The notes below the pieces were generated by a model. It was not told the DNA's origin. It saw only the letters and a program-made list of their open reading frames with translations, and searched no databases. The position numbers and the translations under genes were made by a program. Shown one piece after another: positions 12,671 to 26,600 of a stretch of 64,000 nucleotides of DNA (position 1 is its first letter; each line of letters opens with the position of its first letter). This DNA is from a virus (taxonomy: Duplodnaviria; Caudoviricetes). Location of the stretch: positions 32,001 through 96,000 of IMG/VR virus record IMGVR_UViG_3300028591_000011. One strand, given 5' to 3'.

Positions 12671-14617
12671 ATGGTATACGCAAATGATCAATGGGTATAG
12701 CTCCCAGTGAGGGATCTATATGACTCGCAGATTATGGCTATGGCTATAAACGCTGCGAAGGATATGTATGAAAAAGGACTTCAGGAAATGAAGGACTTTA
12801 ATAAGGAGTATGGAGATTTTATGACGCCTATAGCTGCAGATTAGGATTGGTATAATAAGAACGTTACAGGTAGAGTAAGGAATGTTGTAAATGCCATATA
12901 TGCAGCTGGTGGAGATCCACTTAGAGATCCATAGGCAAGAGCAATGATTAGTAGAGAGTTAGCAGGACTACCATACGGAGATATAGCTATGATTAAAACT
13001 AGCGCAGAAAATGCTAGAGAGTATTTGAAAGCAAGACGATAGCTAGAAATGGCAGGGTTGTATAATCCACTTTACGCTAAATATGATGGTCCAGATTTAT
13101 CTACCTATGCGACTGTTGGGGAAAACGGACAAGGTATATGGGATAAAATGAGTCCTACTCCGTTTAACAACATATCTGCGTTTTCTAAAGATTATTTTGA
13201 AGGTTTAAAACCAAATATACGTACAGAATCTAGGAACGGAATAACTTATCAAGTTAAAGAAATCTCGGAAAACGATTTACGTAAAATTGCAGAAGATAAG
13301 TTTAATGAACTTAAGAATACACCTTAGGGATCTTTAATGTATGCTAGATATTTGGATATCACGGGTGATGAAGATGCTGCAAGACAGATGTTTAACGATG
13401 CCATAGTTAATGCAAATTTGCGTAGGACATATCGTGAAGATAACTATGATGACAACTATCTGGAAATGGAGAAGCTTAAAATGTAGCAAGATATGAATCA
13501 ATGGAAGAAACAAGTAGATTCTGCTACACTTGAATTGCAACGTCAAGCTTTACAATTAAAAGCTCTTACAGGAACAGGTAGTGGTAAAAAAGGTACTGGT
13601 ACATCTGGATTAGGGTATGATTATGAAGATTATTTTAACGAAGATGAATGGTAGCTTGCGAATAATTTAGGTGCAGCGATGGCTTCTACGGATGTTGGTA
13701 AAAGTAACGGAATATTAGATTATACGGATTTCGACCCGTTGAGTCAAGGGGCCCTGTGGCCGCAAGCATATGAAGAAATTATAGATAGAAATTACGGAAA
13801 TATTCTATCTAAGAATACTACAATTAATCGTAGTGAAAATTCTGATTATATAGCACCCTCTGATAATAAGTTAGGTTTGTCTACAGATCGTATAAATATT
13901 GGCATTACACCTGGATACGGATATAGCGATATCTCCGAAGGAATTACAGGAAAGTTCTCTTTACCGTACTCTTTTGACAAGAAGATATTTGGCGGAAAAC
14001 GTCTCAGTAAAAGTTAGCTTAGCGAAATTAGAGTTGCAAATTAGAACTTTATCAATGATATATCGTAGTCATACGATCCTGCCAAGTTTGCAAAATGGTG
14101 CAATCGTAGTACAGTATCGGGAGATGATACAATGATGAATGTTTGTAACGATGACGACTTTATAAATAGAACGCACCATACTGATGAAACAACCGCGAAT
14201 AGTTATGGTATAGGATACAGTCAGGATTAGATAGATCAAATGAAAGAATATACCGATTCGAGGAGAAAAATACTTAATAAAAATAGAGAAAATTTATACG
14301 CGAAAGGCGTAGGAAAAATATATTCTATATTAGGAGTAGACGGTGTAACTCATCTGTACGTACCAGTAAAATTTTATAAAAAGACTGGAAGAGGATCTAA
14401 TGTAAGATACGAAGAACTTCCTGGTGGAATAAGTGCCTTTGATATGGGAATTTCTACTAGAGAAAATCCTAACTTTGGAATCAATGGACAAGCGGTGTCT
14501 AATTTATATATGAATCCAAATTCTGACTCAGACGTACGTCTTGGAGGAAACATACACGCCGGAAAGTATTTGGGGTTATAGAACCCTAGTATAAAGATGA
14601 ATACAGCAATACCATAA
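12671..14617 (+). CDS. Virion cargo protein (TAG=Gln), 648 aa
   Basis: Frame-2 fragments 13049, 13679 and 14240 join via TAG. ATG lies 2 nt after the previous stop; ends at TAA 14615-14617. Confidence 0.7.
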
Positions 14618-14628
14618 AATAAAACAAT

Positions 14629-17600
14629 ATGAGAAAGTTAAAAAATCCAAGTGCAGGTTCATTAACGCCCAATGATATAAATGTTGGGCGTTATATGTAT
14701 CAAAAAGATTTAGAAAGATACAATGACGTAAATGGACCTACGTAGACATATTTACAAGAACATCCAGATTTCCAACAAGTAAAAAGCACCCTTGGAACGT
14801 CTGATATGTTCAACACCTACGAGAACGCCCCCACATTGGATGACGACAGTGGTATTTTAGATTATACTCTAAACGCCCTAGATTACGTAACAGGTATGTC
14901 GTCTAAAGCCAAATTATTGAAAAACGGACTTAATTATTTTGGTAAAAGGTGGGTTGATGATTCATACAATGCAGATCTTGCCGATTTATACGACATAAAT
15001 ACAGATTAGAAAGATCTAGAATTCGTTTAGGATTATTTAAAACTAAAATAGGAATTATATCAAATACAATCCGAATTAAGAGATAATAAAAACGCAGATG
15101 CCGATCGTTTGTCAGATAGGTACGAAGAAATAGTTTCTAAAATAAAAGAATACGATGACTATTTTATGGGAGAGGGCAGAAGCCATAAAGTCGTTTAGGA
15201 ACTTATGTACGACGCTGATAATATGAATGCAGCAGATGTTGTTGGATCGTGGAACAAAAGTACTAGAAGAGCTTCAAAACAAATTTAGGATTTTATAGAT
15301 TCTACTGGATACAATGGTCCGATACTGAATAAAGCTGCAAAAACTATCGGTACCGGTGTTGCGTCTATTGTAGGACACTTAACTGATTTAGTAGACCACG
15401 CCACTGCGTTTGGACATGCTTTGTCTGAAGGAGATTGGCTTCATGGTGACAGTGGGATATCTCAATATACAGAGTATATAAAAAACAAATACGTAGAATC
15501 TCTAGATAAGAGTAATCCTGCTGATTTAGATGCAATAAGAAGATTGTACAAAGGTATACAAGAAACAGACGCATATAAATCACCGATAGACTCTGAAAAA
15601 ATAAAAAACTGGAAGAGTTATAATGAAGACCTGATACGCGAAAAAGTAATAGATATAGATGACGATATTAACGATATGATCAATGGTACAATATGGGGGA
15701 TAAAAGGTGTGTTTGACCCAAATATATCAAAAGATTATATCGCAGAGCAAGAAGAATGGATGGCAAAACCTCTATGGAGGTAGGCGTTGAGCCCAATAAA
15801 CACGTTCCTATATTCTATACCAGAAATCGCATCTACTGTAGGTTTATTTAAATATTAGCTCGGAGCTATAGGGTATGACGTAGCTGTAACAAAAGGTCTT
15901 GGTCTGTTAGCTAGAAGACATCCTTGGTTGGCAACTGCACAAGCAGTAGCGTAGATTCCAAACTATGTACTTCCTGTTGCAGCAGCGGAGTTATCCAGAG
16001 AAGAAGAGACTGCTCTAGAAAAAATAGAAGGTGTGACCAACAGGGTGATTCAAAATTCACTAGAAGGAAACAGAAATCTGCCAGATATTTTAAATATATT
16101 AAAAAGTAAATTAAAGAGTATTGGGTATAATGTAGACGCTCTGGATGAACAGCAACTTCTTAAATTGGGTATAGCACATGACATCCAAACCGGAGATCCT
16201 GCGTTTGAAAAAGAAAAACGAGAAGCTAGAAAAGGTATAAATACTCTTATAGGAGCAAATAACGCACTGGCTGCGCACGATTATCTTCAATCTCTGGCTT
16301 TCATGTCTTACGGTGGTAGTGCGTTAAATAAATTTGTAAAACATGCTGGAGAATAGATAGCAGATACAAAACTTGGAACTCTTTTGTCTGCAGTAAAAAG
16401 AAACACTGTTGGAAAAGTCGCAAGCAAGTTCTTTAATGATGATTTACCTAAAGGATTTTTGCATAAAAAACATTTGGGAGATTGGCTGATAAAAAGATAG
16501 GCTTTGCTGCTTGGAGAAGGTATAACAGAAGGTGGTGAGGAAGTTGTACAGGAAATACTTTAGAGTAGGTATCAAAGAGGTCTGTACGACGATGTTAATT
16601 CAGACAAATCTATGATACCTGTAGATGGTATTTTTAGAGCCGTAAAACTTGCTGGAGAAGCTATTCCAGACTATCTTGGTCTTCATTCTTGGGATCCAGA
16701 ATTGTCGACAGATAATATCTAGCGTGCGTTTAATGTTGGATTCTTATCGTCAATGTATTTCTCCGGTGCTCTTCGTGGAGCATCTAACATATGGACTGCA
16801 GACAACGAAAACTTGCGTGGAGTTGTGTCGCAAATGAAGAGCGATAATGTCATATCTAGACTTGTAGGTGAATACTATAATCAAGTACAGGATCAATAGC
16901 ATATGAGTCTTTTTTACGACGCAATGCAAAAGTTTGGTGTAAATTATCAAAGACTTTCGCAAGCATTACGCGATCTTAAAGGCAAGTAGTTTTCTTAGAA
17001 TAAAGATATAACTGACGAAGCTATAGATAACGACCTGTTGATGTTGCGAAATATGAATTTCGCGATGACTTCTGATACGTTTAATGAGAATTTTAAAGAA
17101 GAGGGCATCAATAGAAAAGATCCTAGATATAAGTAGTACGTAATAGACGCTGCAAAAAAATTGACAGATTTGGATAAATCTGAAGAAACTGTTTCTGAAA
17201 GACGTCTTAGATTGGGTTAGATGGAGGAGTCTAGGAATAATATAGCTAGACAGATATACGATCTAATAGAGGCTAGACAAAAGGAAGAATAGGACGGTAT
17301 AGCTGGAACTGTAGCATCAGAAACATAGGAATATGAAAATCTAAAGAAACAGTTTCCAAAACTTTTTGAAATGGTTCAGTATTTTTCTAGAAAATTTGAT
17401 GTTAGAGGAGAATCATCAATAAAAGGTTCTAGAAAACAAAGGTTAGATAAAGCAATTTCGTTCTTTACTGAAATATCAAAAGATGAAGATAAAACTATAT
17501 TAGTAGATGCTATTGCGGATGAACTTGGATATACCCCCGAAATTACAGAAGTGATGGAGCTTCGTAAGAACAATGATCCAATTATAAAAAGGGCCATTCG

Positions 17601-20600
17601 TAAAGCTGCTGAGCAAAAGGTAAAACAAGATTGGAAGTCTTCCATATTAGGAAAGCGCGAGTTTATGTCTAGCGCGTTTACTAGACAAGCTGCTATTAAT
17701 TCTGGTGCAAGTAACGTAGAAGCTTTTTTATCTAGCGCATACGACAATGAAAGCATGCGTGACGATCTTTTAAATAAAGCTTACGATCTTTCTTAGGATA
17801 GAGACGCAGTAAAGAGATCTTATGTGTTAAATCACATTGCTTTGTTTGTAGAAGCATCTCAAGCCGCTAGGGTAAAATATATACAAAATGTAACTCGTAA
17901 TCAAGAAGAGCTTCTTGATATGTTCAAACGTATTACTGGGTTGGATCTGGACGTACGCAGATTGAAAGGTATAAGATCTAGATTGGACGATCAATTGAAG
18001 CAGTTATAGCAAAGAGAGAAATAGAATCTTAATCCCGACAATACTCCAGGATATGCAGATACGTATGAAAAATATTTCGAAAAAGATCCTGTTTCTTTCG
18101 ATGACCAAGAAGAATACGACAGATTGTTTGGAGAATATTCTCTCATGCACGCCATAAAAGATGTGCAACAGGTTCTTGCGGCTGCGTATAAGTTTGGAGC
18201 GGTAAACCCAGAATCTCTTGAGAAAGCTTTTTATAATGTAAGTGAAAACAATCCAATATCTGCTATAAGTAAAGAATATAGCAAAAGAAAGGCAGAACAG
18301 TCTGTCGAAATGGACGAAGAAGTTACGCAACGTTTTGATCCATTAAAGCAACATGATTTGTACGAACTGAGTAAAAAAGCAGCTTGGGCGTACATAAAAG
18401 ACTAGTTGCATGAGACAGAAGAACGTAGAAAAATAGCAAATCGCAGATGGGAAGAAGAGACTCCAATGACTTCTTCTAAAAAAGACGTACAAGAAGCTTA
18501 GGAAGAATCTGAAAATGAGTCTAGCGAAAAACAGACACCTGAAGAATCTGTAGAAAGTGGCCAGCAGCAACAGGAAGAACAGAATGGCAATCAAGCATCT
18601 AATATACCAGGTGCACAAATGAGTGATTCTGAGAAGAACTTAAGATAGAAATATAATAATGAGAAATAGCTAAGTGAAAAGAAGGCAGAAGAGATTGCTT
18701 AGAAACTGATAGAATCTGAGAGAAAACGTGCTGAAAAAGAAAAAACAGGAGAAGAAGAACCTGAACCTACTGAACAGCCTGAAGTTGCTCCTTAGCCAGC
18801 TGCAGAAGAACAGCAACCGGAGCCTGAACCTGAGCCAGAACCGGAACCTGAACCCGCTGAAGAAGTTCCAGAAGCGGAGCAAGCCAATCGACAAGCTGTA
18901 GACGATACACCGCCTGCGCCACCTGCTGTTGATTCCCCTTCCGACGATGACAGAGATAAAGATGAAGATCAAGCACCTCATTTGGATCCTTCTGTAGATT
19001 TACCAGAAAATTCTTCTGACGTATTAGAGCCAGACGTATAGCAACCAGAACCTATACTTGAACCACCAGTTGATACATACGATCCGTCTAACGATCCGTT
19101 GGATGTATACGATTAGGATTCTCCAGAAATAGAACCTCCGTTTGAAGGATTTTCTGATGAAGTAGATCCTCTTTCTGTTGTTTATAAAGACGGATAGGCG
19201 TTTATTGTAGAAGAAGATGGAAAACAGTGGACACCGTTAGATTATTTATTTTCAGATGCTCTTCTAGACGAAGCTAAACTGCAATTAGAATCAGAAGGTG
19301 CTACTGTATCTTTAGATGAAGTTCCAAATGGCAACATGTCTTAGGAAGAAAAAGTTTCTGTTTTGGATCATGACGATGTGTCATCTATAGTTTCTAGTAC
19401 ATTCTTTTATAACCCATTTAAGGTATTAAATAAGAAGAATGGAAAGAAAGAAGAATAGACTGTCTAGATGGTTGTAGGTGAAGAATAGTTGAAATTTAGA
19501 AAACCTATAGCATCTGGTGTAAAACTTGCAAAGAAATTAATACAACCTGGATGGCTTGCTTCTACAAATAAATTCTATGTTGTTTCTGATCCTATAAAAC
19601 GCCACGATAAGAAATTACAATATACAGATGATAGGGACATGCTTACTGTCGCTATCGCTTTAGAAGACGACGAAAATACATATTTGGTGTTCTTACGTCC
19701 TCTATATAAAACAATCTCCATAAAGGATCAAAATTCGTATATAGATAATACAGAAAATGACGTTCTTGACTATGTTCTATCTTATGGTGCGAATTGGAGA
19801 GCCGTAGCTGAAACTTTGGGGTTGGATGAAACCGCGTTGCTTGGAGAAAACACAACTACTGAAGATAGAATATCTGCGTATAAAAGAGCTGTGGCAAAAC
19901 TTGTTACAGAAAACTTGACCGAAAGCTGGGAAAAAGCTAGAAAGACAAATAAAACGTTAGATAAGGCACAATATATAAGAAAGTATTGGGAGTCCGAAGA
20001 GGATCGTGTAAGACAATCTCTTGCGCACAAAAATAGAAAAATTTATTCTAGAAGTAGAGCAAAGTAGGAAGTTGAAAAGCTACGTAATTTCAGAAATCAA
20101 ATCATAGATAAATACGCTACCGTAAATAATGACGGAACAGTAAATGTACCAAAAGAGGTACGATACGACGTAATACCAGTTTCTGTTAGACAATCTAATG
20201 GTAAATTCGATAACTAGACTAATGATACTACCGGTTTACCCGAATATAGACCTGTTACCGGTAAAGACTCGTTAGAAGAGATACAGACTAAACTTGAAAA
20301 CGGAACTCTACAAATAGGTTTTGGTAGGGGTTTATTTGCTTCTAAAAACAACAGATATAAAATAAATGATGTTTTACACCCAAGTAAAACTACATTTGGA
20401 GGAAAGGGGTTATCTGGTAAGTTATATTGGATGGTTCGCTCATTGTTTGATCCTTCTGTAAAAGTTCCTGTAATGCTAGCAGAAGAAAAATTCAACTCTC
20501 AGGTTAGATTGGTGAACGGAAAATCGGAGGTCTCTTTTATAGGAACTGGTATAAAAAATCCTGTAATTTGCTTGGAATAGGATATAGAAGGTAATTGGGT

Positions 20601-23600
20601 AAATACCAATAAAAAAGGATATCTTCCGAGCGCAGCTGAGATATTATTCTTATTGCTTACGAGGTAGATAAATCTTGGAACTACTGATGATTCTATACAT
20701 CAAGAAATAATAGAACTGTTTATACACAGTGGGCAAAATACTCTTGCAAAAAATCAACCTAAGTTACAAGAAACACCTATTGCTTAGTTTTTGAGTAAAT
20801 AGTTGTGGTATGGTATATAGGAAGGTGAATCTGTACCAAAATTACACATTGCTATAACTAGAGGGGATAGTGTACAATATAAAAGTTATACACAGCAGCA
20901 GCTCCAAGATCCTCAGGTAAAAATGGAAGTCATTAATGCACTTGCTACGTAGTTCCATTGGAATACGGATATAGATTTTATGAGTAAAGCTATGTATATA
21001 AATACCGTAGACTCTAGTGCGCTTTCCACTTTGTTTTCGTATATGATTAGGCAGCATACTGGAAAACTCACAGCAGATTCTAAACTTTCTTTGTTTGGAT
21101 GTCCATAGTTCACGTTCAGATTGGGAGATTTTATGAACGTGGTTAACGGGTAGGCACAACCAAAAAAGGGAGTTTCGTACTTAGCGTGGATGCTTAAAAA
21201 TCAGAAAGTAAAAACTGACGTGTCTTCAAATGTATTTTTTGCACCTTATGTATTTGCGAACGGAGTTGCAGTAAAAGGCGCGCAAGACGCTGTAGATACT
21301 TCTACACATCCTGTAGATGGTAACGACGAAGTTAAAGAAATAACAAATCCGATTATATATAAAGATTTGAATGACGTTACTGTTCTTCCGGAAGGTGAAG
21401 AACTTCAAGAAGCTATGTAGGAGGCTTCACAAAGTATGATTTCTTAGCAAAACGGAGGCACATCTGCTATTTATGTGTTAAAAGGTGTAGATCCAGATAA
21501 GATTTAGTTGGACGGTCAAGAAGAGGTCGAAGATGCAGCAAAGCAAAAAATAAAAGAAGCTCTAGATATACATAACAAAAAACACGGCACGTCTTACGAC
21601 ATAAAAGACTTGTAGTTAAAGATGAACGTTAGAAAAATGATGCTTCCTCAATATTGGGCTACAGGTTAGGCATTTATTAGGCTTGAATTGTTTAATAATG
21701 GCAAGTTTAACGTTACTGTACGTAAAAATGAGGATGTTGACAACGCCGGAATGATTGTTACTGGTGCGTTTAGTAAGACTGGTGGTTTGGCTACAATAGA
21801 TGCTGAGCGAGAACGTGATTGGATCTGTGAGACACTTGGCATAGATAAATCCAATGTTGTTGTTACTAACGCAGTAATGAAAAGTATGTCTGGCGAAGAC
21901 GTTTTTGGTGTTACAAATGTTGTGACGAATGTTATTACTGGAACCTTAATGGGTGTGATAAAGTTATCTTCTAGGGGAAATAAAGGCATGGGTTATCATG
22001 AGGCGTGGCACTATGTTAATCTGTTGATACACGATACAAAAACACGCAGAAGGATATACGAAGCTTATGCAAAAGCTAACGGGCTGTATAAACCAGGTGT
22101 CAAGCTTAGAGATATAGAAGAACATATGGCAGATGCATTCGCTAAAGATGTAATGTTAAATCAAGATACTACGTTATTAGGTTCTACTAGACGTTTGTGG
22201 AGAAATATTCTCGATTTCATACTTGTTACTGGAAACAGAAAACTTTATCGTTCTGTATTTAATGCCGTATAGACTGGAAAATATAAGAAATATTCCAAGT
22301 TAGATGACAGTTCTGTTTAGGAGTTTAGGAAAGCTTACGATTCTGGCGTATTTGCTACAAGTTATGTTCCTGGATATCCAAAAGAAGTAACCGATAATCT
22401 TAAACATATAGATCACTATTACCAACTTCTCGACGGAATGGATGCTGTTGTAAGAAGGATATTTGCAAATATACCTTTCGCAACCCAAAAAGAATTGGAA
22501 ATGTGGGCCAGCGAAGAGGGTTTGGAGATAATAATTGGGTTTGTAGATGAAATGATCGAAGAGCAATCTGACGAGAAAAAAGCTGATAGATTGAGAGATA
22601 TTAAAAACAATAAAGACTATCTATTCGAAAACGTAATTGCCGAGTTTAATAAATATGGATATAGAGTAAAAAGAAGGAAACCTGATAAACAACCTGAAGA
22701 TGTATCAAAAGATCCTGCTGCAGAAGAAAACGAAGATCCTATAAAAAAAGAGGAAAAGCCGGAAAATACTTGGGACAAGTTTGCGTTAGAGTATAGTAGG
22801 TCTGAAAATGTTTCTAATCACGTGAAATTCTTTTTATCCAGAATGCCGCAATACAAAAAAGTATGGATGCCGAATGGAAAGAGCAAATATATAGTTGAAA
22901 TTGACGATTATAATACACCTCTTTTCTTTGATTTGGATAAAACAATAAGAAAACTACATAAAGATCTTTGGTGGATAACTTCGTTTGGTGAATTAGAAAC
23001 CAATCCGGATTCCGGATACATATATAAACGTACATCTTTAATGGGTGCTATAGAACGTAGAAAAAATTCATAGGATTTTTATTATTCTATGTATGAATAC
23101 TTAAGTAAATACGCGCTCAAAAATACATCTGGTTCAGCAATGCTTAGAAGCGAACTGTTTAATGCTATAAACAGTAGCAAACAAAATATAGATTTATTGA
23201 CTATCTCTAATCCAAAACAACGAAACTTTAGCGGTCTTGCTTCGGATGAAGTTTTAGCTACTGCTGCAGCAAATATAGCTGAAGAAGATAGTCCGGTTAT
23301 TATAGCAAATACAGATAAAGCTGTTGCTGATAGACACAGAATATGGTCATTCTAGATAGACGAATTCTTGACTGCTGCTAGAAATACATTGAAATTGTGG
23401 TCGAAAAATCTCGCTGCGTCCAGTTTTCTTTCTTTTAATGAAGAAAAACAAGACGTATCTGTTGATCCAGAATTTACAAAAATAGTAGCAGATAAGTATA
23501 ATAGTCTTCATCAATCTTTAAATTCAAAAGATGCAATAAACAACCTTCGTAGTTTGAGATCTTCTTTTATAGATCTCATGAATACTGTAGGAATTGATTG

Positions 23601-26600
23601 TGATTTGTCATCATTAGGTATATTTTTAAATATATTACGAAACGATAAATCAGAAAAAATTGCTGGTAAGCAAATGACCGATGCCGAATAGGTAGAACTT
23701 ATGAAATCTGCAATAGACTCTGGTGATGTTGGATCTATAGGTGATATTATACAAGGAATTGCTTAGATACGTAAGAATAAAAGCGGAAACAAAAAACGTA
23801 ATCAGATCGGTGGACGAGAATTGGATGAGATTTTTACAGGATACTCGGATGATTCACAAATTCATTTATTAGCTGTTGCATGGGATTCTGCGTATCCTTC
23901 TCCGCAAGATTTTAGTGTAAAAGATGCAAACGGAAATAGATTGTATCCAGTGAATCTAAATAGCCATTTTACAGATAGAATAAATTGGTTAAACACTCCA
24001 GAAACCGGTTATGCAGACCAATTGAAACAATCTGCGTATTCTTAGCATTCATTGTTAGCAACTGTATGTGCTGATCAAGTAGATGAAAATGATCCGTCTA
24101 CTAAAATAAAAGCTAGAGCTTTTGTTGGTATAAGGGATGATGATACATAGGAAGGTGGAGATTATTTCGGTATAACTCCTCAAGAAGATTACATAGCTAA
24201 AATGATGATAACAGAACGAAACTGTCTGTTGTCACCGACAATGGCAGATAAAAAGTCTTGGGATTCGATACAAAGTCCATTTTTAAAACTATCACATTCT
24301 AGGATGTGGACTAGTGGCGAAGTTGGAGTATTAGACGATACTATAATCGAAGAGTTTTCTAAAATTAATCCATACAATCCAAAAGATAAGAGGTATGGAG
24401 GTATTGAAAGTAGATGGTGGTCTGCAGCTTTTAAGTGGTATGACAATTTGGAGGAAGACGATCCTATTAAAATAAGAATAAAAAAGTCTCCAATTTTAGC
24501 ATTAAAACAAAAGTCTGTAAATAATGTTGGTTATACTGTAGATGTGAATACAGGTACTGTAATGCCTAAGTTTGACTTCAGTACACTTAATATATTTGCA
24601 GGGTATGTTCTTGATGAAATAAATGCTCTTATAGGATACTATAGTGCGGAACACATTAAAGAAATGATGTCCGATAATAGCATGCGTTTGGATAATTTTT
24701 CAGGAACTGTCGATTCTAAAACAGGATTGCTTAATTGTGACGGAAACGGAGGATTCTTTAGATATTTTTACGACATATTGGATGGTATACCGGAAACATA
24801 TCATACACTTCAGATAAACGGAAATGACGATTTAAATCTCAATCATCATATACAAGCGTTATTTGAGTTATAGAAAAAAATCAGGTCCGGTGAAGTCGAT
24901 AACGTTTTAGCAGGAAAATCTAGATATAATAAGGTTACTGAATCATCAATATCTAAAGATGGTTAGGATTATGACGGATTTGAACTTATTAGACAATTTC
25001 TAGATGATTTGAAGAATTCTTTGTTTGGCGAAAATGAACAGGCTAACGATTATCTTTTGAATTAGATAAATAAAAAGCTTGTTAATATGGCGTACGAAGA
25101 ACTTGAAGAATTGTCTACCGAAAGTTCTCCGTTAAAAATGGCCAAATATGATGAAGATTCTGGATTGTATATACCTACTGGCGTACCTGAATAGCTATTG
25201 CGTCCTTACATAGAGGACTATATAAAATCAGGAATGATAGACAGTATGGATACTGGAGATCTGTATAAAAATGCACATAGAGACAAGTAGAAATATGCAT
25301 TAGGAAATGCGTTCTTTTCTCTTATTGCAAATCATGTAGCCAATACTGCTATTTCTATAATCGAGGTAGAAAAAGTTATTACCGGAGATCCTGCTTATTT
25401 TAAAAGAAAGCTTAATCCTGACGACAAGAAATCCGAGGTGCAAATGTCTATTCAGCTCGATAAAAATACAAAAGCCGAAAACGTAACTCTTTCTGTAAAT
25501 AACATTTATGATACATTCAGTGATAAAATAAAGCGTTTGGGAGGAACAATGTCTCCTGGTAGTGAAATACGACCAGACTATTCAGAATGGGAGATAGCAT
25601 AGGATCCCACTTTAAAAAACACTAAGTATACAAATCTTGTTGTAGAAGACCTTATTGTACCATCTGCTATATTAAAGACTATTTCTAATACATTTGAAAC
25701 TCAACTTATCGTAGATGTAATACGAACTTCAAACAACAATTATATAGATAAAATACGAAAACATATAGTTAGTATCGCTAACGATAAATCTATAAAACTT
25801 TCTGATGAAGATGTTATAAATGCGATATATAGAAACAAGAGGGTTCGTAAATTTGCATATGATTCTTTAAAAGATTACGAAAAGTCTTATATAAAAAATA
25901 CACTTAACGATCAAGTTGGTCCTTATACAGGTATTACAGTATCTGATGCACAGGTGTTTATCAGGCCTGCATTATATCGTAAAATACGTATAGGACTTGG
26001 TTTGTGGTAGTGGGAAAAGGATGCTGACGGTTATAGTGATGAGATAGCGTACAATTTAATATAGAATGGCAATGGCACAGAATGGATGTCCGATCCTAAG
26101 GCTAGAGAAATTGTTAGTAAGTTTGAATTATACGCGTTAAAGATGTCGTATTATCAAAACGATATTGTAAAAGTCAGCGACGATTTCTCTTATATGAAAC
26201 CTATTTATGATAAAATGGCCATATTCCCCATGTTTAAATATATGTAGTCAACTGATGTAGGAGAAGCTATATATAATAGAATGAACAAAAAGGATAACGA
26301 ATTGGATATGATTTCATTTAAGAGTGCTGTGAAAGTAGGTGCTCCCGCACAAGCTGCACAATTAATGGAAACTACTAAATCGAAGGCTATAAAAAAACTT
26401 AAAGAGGCTCATTAGAATGAAGAATCCTATTCTCCAACAGATCAAGAGATTGCTGATGCTATGGAATCCGAAACCATATTAAGTAAACTTAGCAAACAGT
26501 TCTAGAATAACAGTAATAAATATATTGATCAAGAAACTGGCGATATAAACGATCGTACAGGTGATGATTTACTTACTGTGGAAATTCAAGATCTTAAAAA